Positions 59,717 through 64,000 of a stretch of DNA of 64,000 nucleotides are shown in pieces (position 1 is the first letter of the stretch; each line of letters opens with the position of its first letter). Source of the DNA: Lingula anatina (taxonomy: Eukaryota > Animalia > Brachiopoda); the NCBI GenBank assembly GCA_051362555.1, contig CM120640.1, forward strand, positions 65,016,788-65,080,787. The letters run 5' to 3'. Both the position numbers and the translations under genes were made by a program. The notes below the pieces were generated by a model that made no database searches, was not told where the DNA came from, and worked only from the letters and a program-made list of their open reading frames with translations.

Positions 59717-62700
59717 ATGAATTCGACATGTTTGAAACTTCTCTTGCTTCAGGTTTTTGGCGTGGTTGACTTTTGTTTGGGGCAATATGTTAGAGGTAAG
59801 TTGAATTCTCTCTCTCTCTCTCTCTCTCCTTGAATATATGAGGTTCCTCATTGACAGAGAAATAAGACCTAATGCCCTTTGCAAGTATTTGGACCAAATC
59901 TCATGCAGGCACTAGTACTGTAGGACACATCCCTGTCATCCCTGTCAGAAACTGAATTGTGCACAGACTTCTCTTTGTCCAATCTTCGGATTTTCAAACC
60001 TAAGTGACTTTTAAAATGCCAGGCGAATAATCTGGTTAATGTAGTCAACAGAGTTCATATGTAGTGGTGTAAGTGGTGCTCCATAAAACACAATTTCAGT
60101 TACGTGCACGTGGGTAAAATACACTGAAGCCATCATGTACGAGTTTGTCTGTTAACATACAAGTAATATAAAAGAGCCTTTTTTTTCACAGATTGTTTTC
60201 GACGTTTCCATCCTGACACTGTTTTACATTTAAGTTATATCAGAAATCGTGCGGAAGCTTAAGAATAAGAACTAGTTTGGTGTCACTTATATAGAATATT
60301 TTCAGTTAGCCAGTTTTGGAAACCCGTAAATGTTGTAAATGCGCTGTTTCAAAGGGTTGTGGAACGTGCAGCCGATTTTGGAATCATGTCCATTTCTTGG
60401 ACAGATCATTGAAAGAGGCAAGGGTATATTAGTTTTATTGGAGTTTTCCCATCATTCGCTATCGTTTGCTTGCTCTCCTCCCGAAAACAGAAGAAAAGGG
60501 GATATTATTAGGTTTTACGTGTAATATTTCAGATACGTGTGCGGTAGGGTCAGGATCAGTGGTGCCACCTGCCAAGATAGGCTACACCAGTGCCAGAAAT
60601 GACAGTTCAGCATGCACGTGGGAAATAACGGGACAACCGGGACAGGTAAAGCCACTTATTAAAGTTACAGCACAAGGAATTTCAAGTAAATTAAAGAGCA
60701 TCATGTTTTGGCGATACTTTTCAGTGGTGGGCCATGCAAGTATTATATTCCTTCATGATTTTTTGTTTTCCAGATGTTAAGTACATGCCTAATAATGCAC
60801 AATCGTTAACACGATAACATTAACTCATGCAGGGTTGACAAAGATGTTAAAATTTTTAAACTTTCTTGTTGATTTTCCGCATTGCTTTGATGGTAGTGTT
60901 AAAGCTTTAAAATAGTCTGAGAATGTTACATCAAAACGGATTTTGATTTCATTTTCCCCACTGTTCTCTTTACAGATTACATTATGCAGTCATTCATTTA
61001 CCTATCGATTCCAAACACCCTATATTCTACCCTGAAAACAAACATCAGTTAGGCCAGGACGTATACTATAACGAAAAAAGTGACCCAGAACAATCTCAAT
61101 CACATATTTCTAAGAGATTGCAGATTAAATACGAAATACTTAATTTCAGCGGTTGGCTTTCTGGACCATTACTTTTTCATTGAGCGCCATAGCTGTTTTA
61201 TGTTTGTCAAATGCAATGCGAAGTATTAAGTGAAATGTCATTGTATCAAAGTGAATAATTTATTAGTTACTTCCTAAATACACTGAACTTGCGTGTTTCT
61301 CTCTCTTACTCCCCCCCCCCCCCCCCCCCCCCCCCTCCAGACACACGTACGTCAGTTGCTCATAGCACGGAGGATGTTTTGTTCGTTTCTTTTAGACTTT
61401 CTGTCTCTCACTTTTCTGTTTCAGGTACTAGTGCTCCGTATATCGTTTAGTGGAACATTTCGACATGAATGGATCGAAAAATGTACTTTGGCATACGTGG
61501 ATATCGTCCAGAGCAATTCGAACCTTAGACAGGGCAGGTTTTGTGGCAACACAAACCCACGGTATTATCAATACATAGATGGCGGGGTGCGGATAAGATT
61601 TGTGACCCACATGAAAGGCGTACAACTTAACATTTTGGTCTATAATCGAGGTGAGACGAAGCTGCATTTATATCGGTACTAATTTATAAAGTCTCAAAAA
61701 CGTCATCCGACGAACAGATTATAGTCTGAGGCCGCTAGTTTAGTAGATGTAAGCGGCAACTGCATTTCAGTTCTAAAATTTGACTCTGGGCTGCGAAGGG
61801 GTAAAATATTTCAGTGTGTCAAAAATGTATAGCAACTGTATAGAATTGCAACATAACGTATAAAGCGGCAAAAATATGCTACTAGGATGTGCGGCCTGCA
61901 TTCAACAATAGTAATGATATTTATGATAATGAAAATGGTACAATGTATCAACGGATTTTACACGGCTCGGTTGTGAATTTAATTTGTGGATGGGGGGGGG
62001 GGGGGGGGGAGGGGGTACAGAGACAGCTACTGTCCAGAAAAACGGCACCAGAACACGGAAGGGGTGATGCACATGTTATCTGGAAACAAATGAAAGATTT
62101 CTAAGCATGACCTGATCAAGTTGGGACTCCTGAGGTGACAGGTAAGTAGGTAAGCGCGAGAGGACATCACTCCGTTGTTAGATTGACGCATTGTCAACAT
62201 TTCGTCTTCCTAAATCAGCTAATATCTCAGGCTCATGTCTTGCGTTGTCTTTTTACATTAACAATTACATATACATAATAAGTGCTTCATTTCAGATGTG
62301 TCAACTCTTGAAGCTTGTCCAACAGAGCAAAACCCCAGAGTGTTTGTGAACCCTGGAACCTTAGAACCATTTGGTAGTGCCAACTACTCTCATTCCCTTC
62401 AATGCTACTGGAGAATAACTAGTCAATCTCCACGGAAGGTAAGTTGTGTCGCGTACAGTTTTATCTTTATTTAGTTTTATTTAGGATATTGTATATGTTT
62501 TATGATGTATTTAAATCACGTATTCAGCAGGATGAATTTCATGGCGGAGTATGTAAAATGCGTTTTAATGATATATACATGTATTAAAACATGCCCCCTG
62601 TCTGGCAAAAACAAATCCTGGACAGGCGACGCATTTGTGATAGCATCGGAAAGATGTTGCTATCCCGTAAAACATATCCTCCAGGTTGAAAACAAGATCA

Positions 62701-64000
62701 GGTATTTCAATTAAAATTATTTAGTGAAATGAAAAGTACAAAATCACTTATAAGTGACACTAAAATTTTAAGTTACGCAAGCACAAACTTTGCTCGCGTG
62801 ATCTAGTCACATCTTTAAAATTCTAAAAGCAAGTTATTCAAATCCAGGTTCAAGTACTTCCGTTTGGAAATTTTAGACTCATTTTTTAATCCTCCTCGAA
62901 TTTCAGGCATAAAGTACATGTGTAATGGATTTAAGCTACTCTGAGCTCATTTGAATTACCCTCTACATATCATTTACTGAACAATTAAGCTAAAAGCATC
63001 CTGCTCGGCAATTTTGCGCCAAGTCTTTTAGAAAAATAAAAAAAATCAAATCTCAATCGTTATTCGAACCTTTCATGAACTTGGATTCGATTCTAATTAA
63101 ATCATTTAGTTTGAAATGTCAGACTACACGTTTAGACTGTCTTGTTTTCTACACACCTCAAATGGCAATATCGTAGTTAGGTGCATGTATGAATCGGGTT
63201 TAATCGGATAAGATTATACCAGCTTTGCAGTATACGTAGACTTAGAAAATATGATTTTCGTATATTTTCAAACATAAATATTATAAATAGCATGGTCTTT
63301 AAAAGTTGCAAGGAGATGGTGCATATTTCTTTGATATTTTTTCCGTAGAAGGTGAAAGTAGTCAATTAGCTAAATACAAATGTATTTTAAGGTTATTGTA
63401 ACCCTTTATTATCATCCAGATAGCAAAAATGAATTTTTTCCTGCATCTTATTATTCAATAATGCATCTTTTTGATGGTTTAAATCAATTAAAACCCTCGA
63501 AAATATAAAATATCGGCGTTTATATTTCTCTTTGCAATGTATAAGCATAGGCAACTCAAAGCTTTAATCGTCAGTTTAACACCTTTTTATTATGAAGTGA
63601 GATAGCTATCGGTATGGGATGTAACTTCATTCCTGAACAAGATTTTATCACGAAAATTGGCAGAGTTAACCACGAATGTATGGGCTACAATGCCGTGCCG
63701 TTATTTTGGTTTAAATGTTTTTGGAGTTATAAGCCCCTAATTTTCATTAGAGATTTTCATTAAACAAAGGTATTATTTTGCTTTATCAACGATAAAATCT
63801 GAACTAAGACCTTTAAGAAAAATCACTCGCATGGCTTTGGAGTTCTAAATAGTGTCATTAACTTGGCATTGAAACATGCTATGTAGAGTAAGTAACAATG
63901 TTTATTGTAACATGTATCAATTTTGACAGAATGTCCGCTTCGAGATCACAGAGATTGATGTGGAAGATTTCCGACTGTGTTCAGCAGATTCGCTCTCGGT
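59717..64000 (+). CDS. Secreted multi-CUB-domain protein, 5' part (runs off the window)
   Basis: Signal-peptide-like exon 59717-59795 (MNSTCLKLLLLQVFGVVDFCLG, G|gtaag). CUB1 exons 60533-60645 (CTWEITGQPGQ) and 61425-61650 (VLVLRISF...C..AYVDI...GRFCG...VRIRFVT). CUB2 exons 62296-62438 (NYSHSLQCYWRITS) and 63930-64000 (VRFEITEIDVEDFRLCSADSL). Phases 1,0,1,0 are consistent. Additional 5' exons are uncertain. Confidence 0.82.

Overview
Eukaryotic, AT-rich, intron-containing animal DNA. The repeat types suggest a marine invertebrate, but the taxon is inferred, not established. I rebuilt the spliced gene models by hand from GT/AG junctions and frame continuity. In order: (1) an MRM3/RNMTL1-type SpoU rRNA methyltransferase gene (minus, 4 exons, 462 aa) with an intact frame, yet all three SpoU catalytic/SAM-binding motifs appear substituted; (2) GLOD4 (plus, 10 exons, 295 aa), head-to-head with it across 195 bp; (3) five tandem 4-exon FABP/iLBP genes (15.2-32.3 kb); (4) a type I coronin (minus) with two paralogous alternative last exons, each encoding a trimerisation coiled coil; (5) the 5' part of a secreted multi-CUB protein. 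Introns carry nested MITEs and four families of Helentron-associated (HINE/DINE-like) elements, one with a 146-bp array of perfect DR1 (AGGTCAAAGGTCA) motifs. The best leads are the probable pseudo-enzyme MRM3, the duplicated coronin tail exon, exon-restricted gene conversion between two FABP paralogues, and two splice sites multiplied by tandem repeats. No rRNA, tRNA or CRISPR array was seen. Most short ORFs in the track are non-coding.
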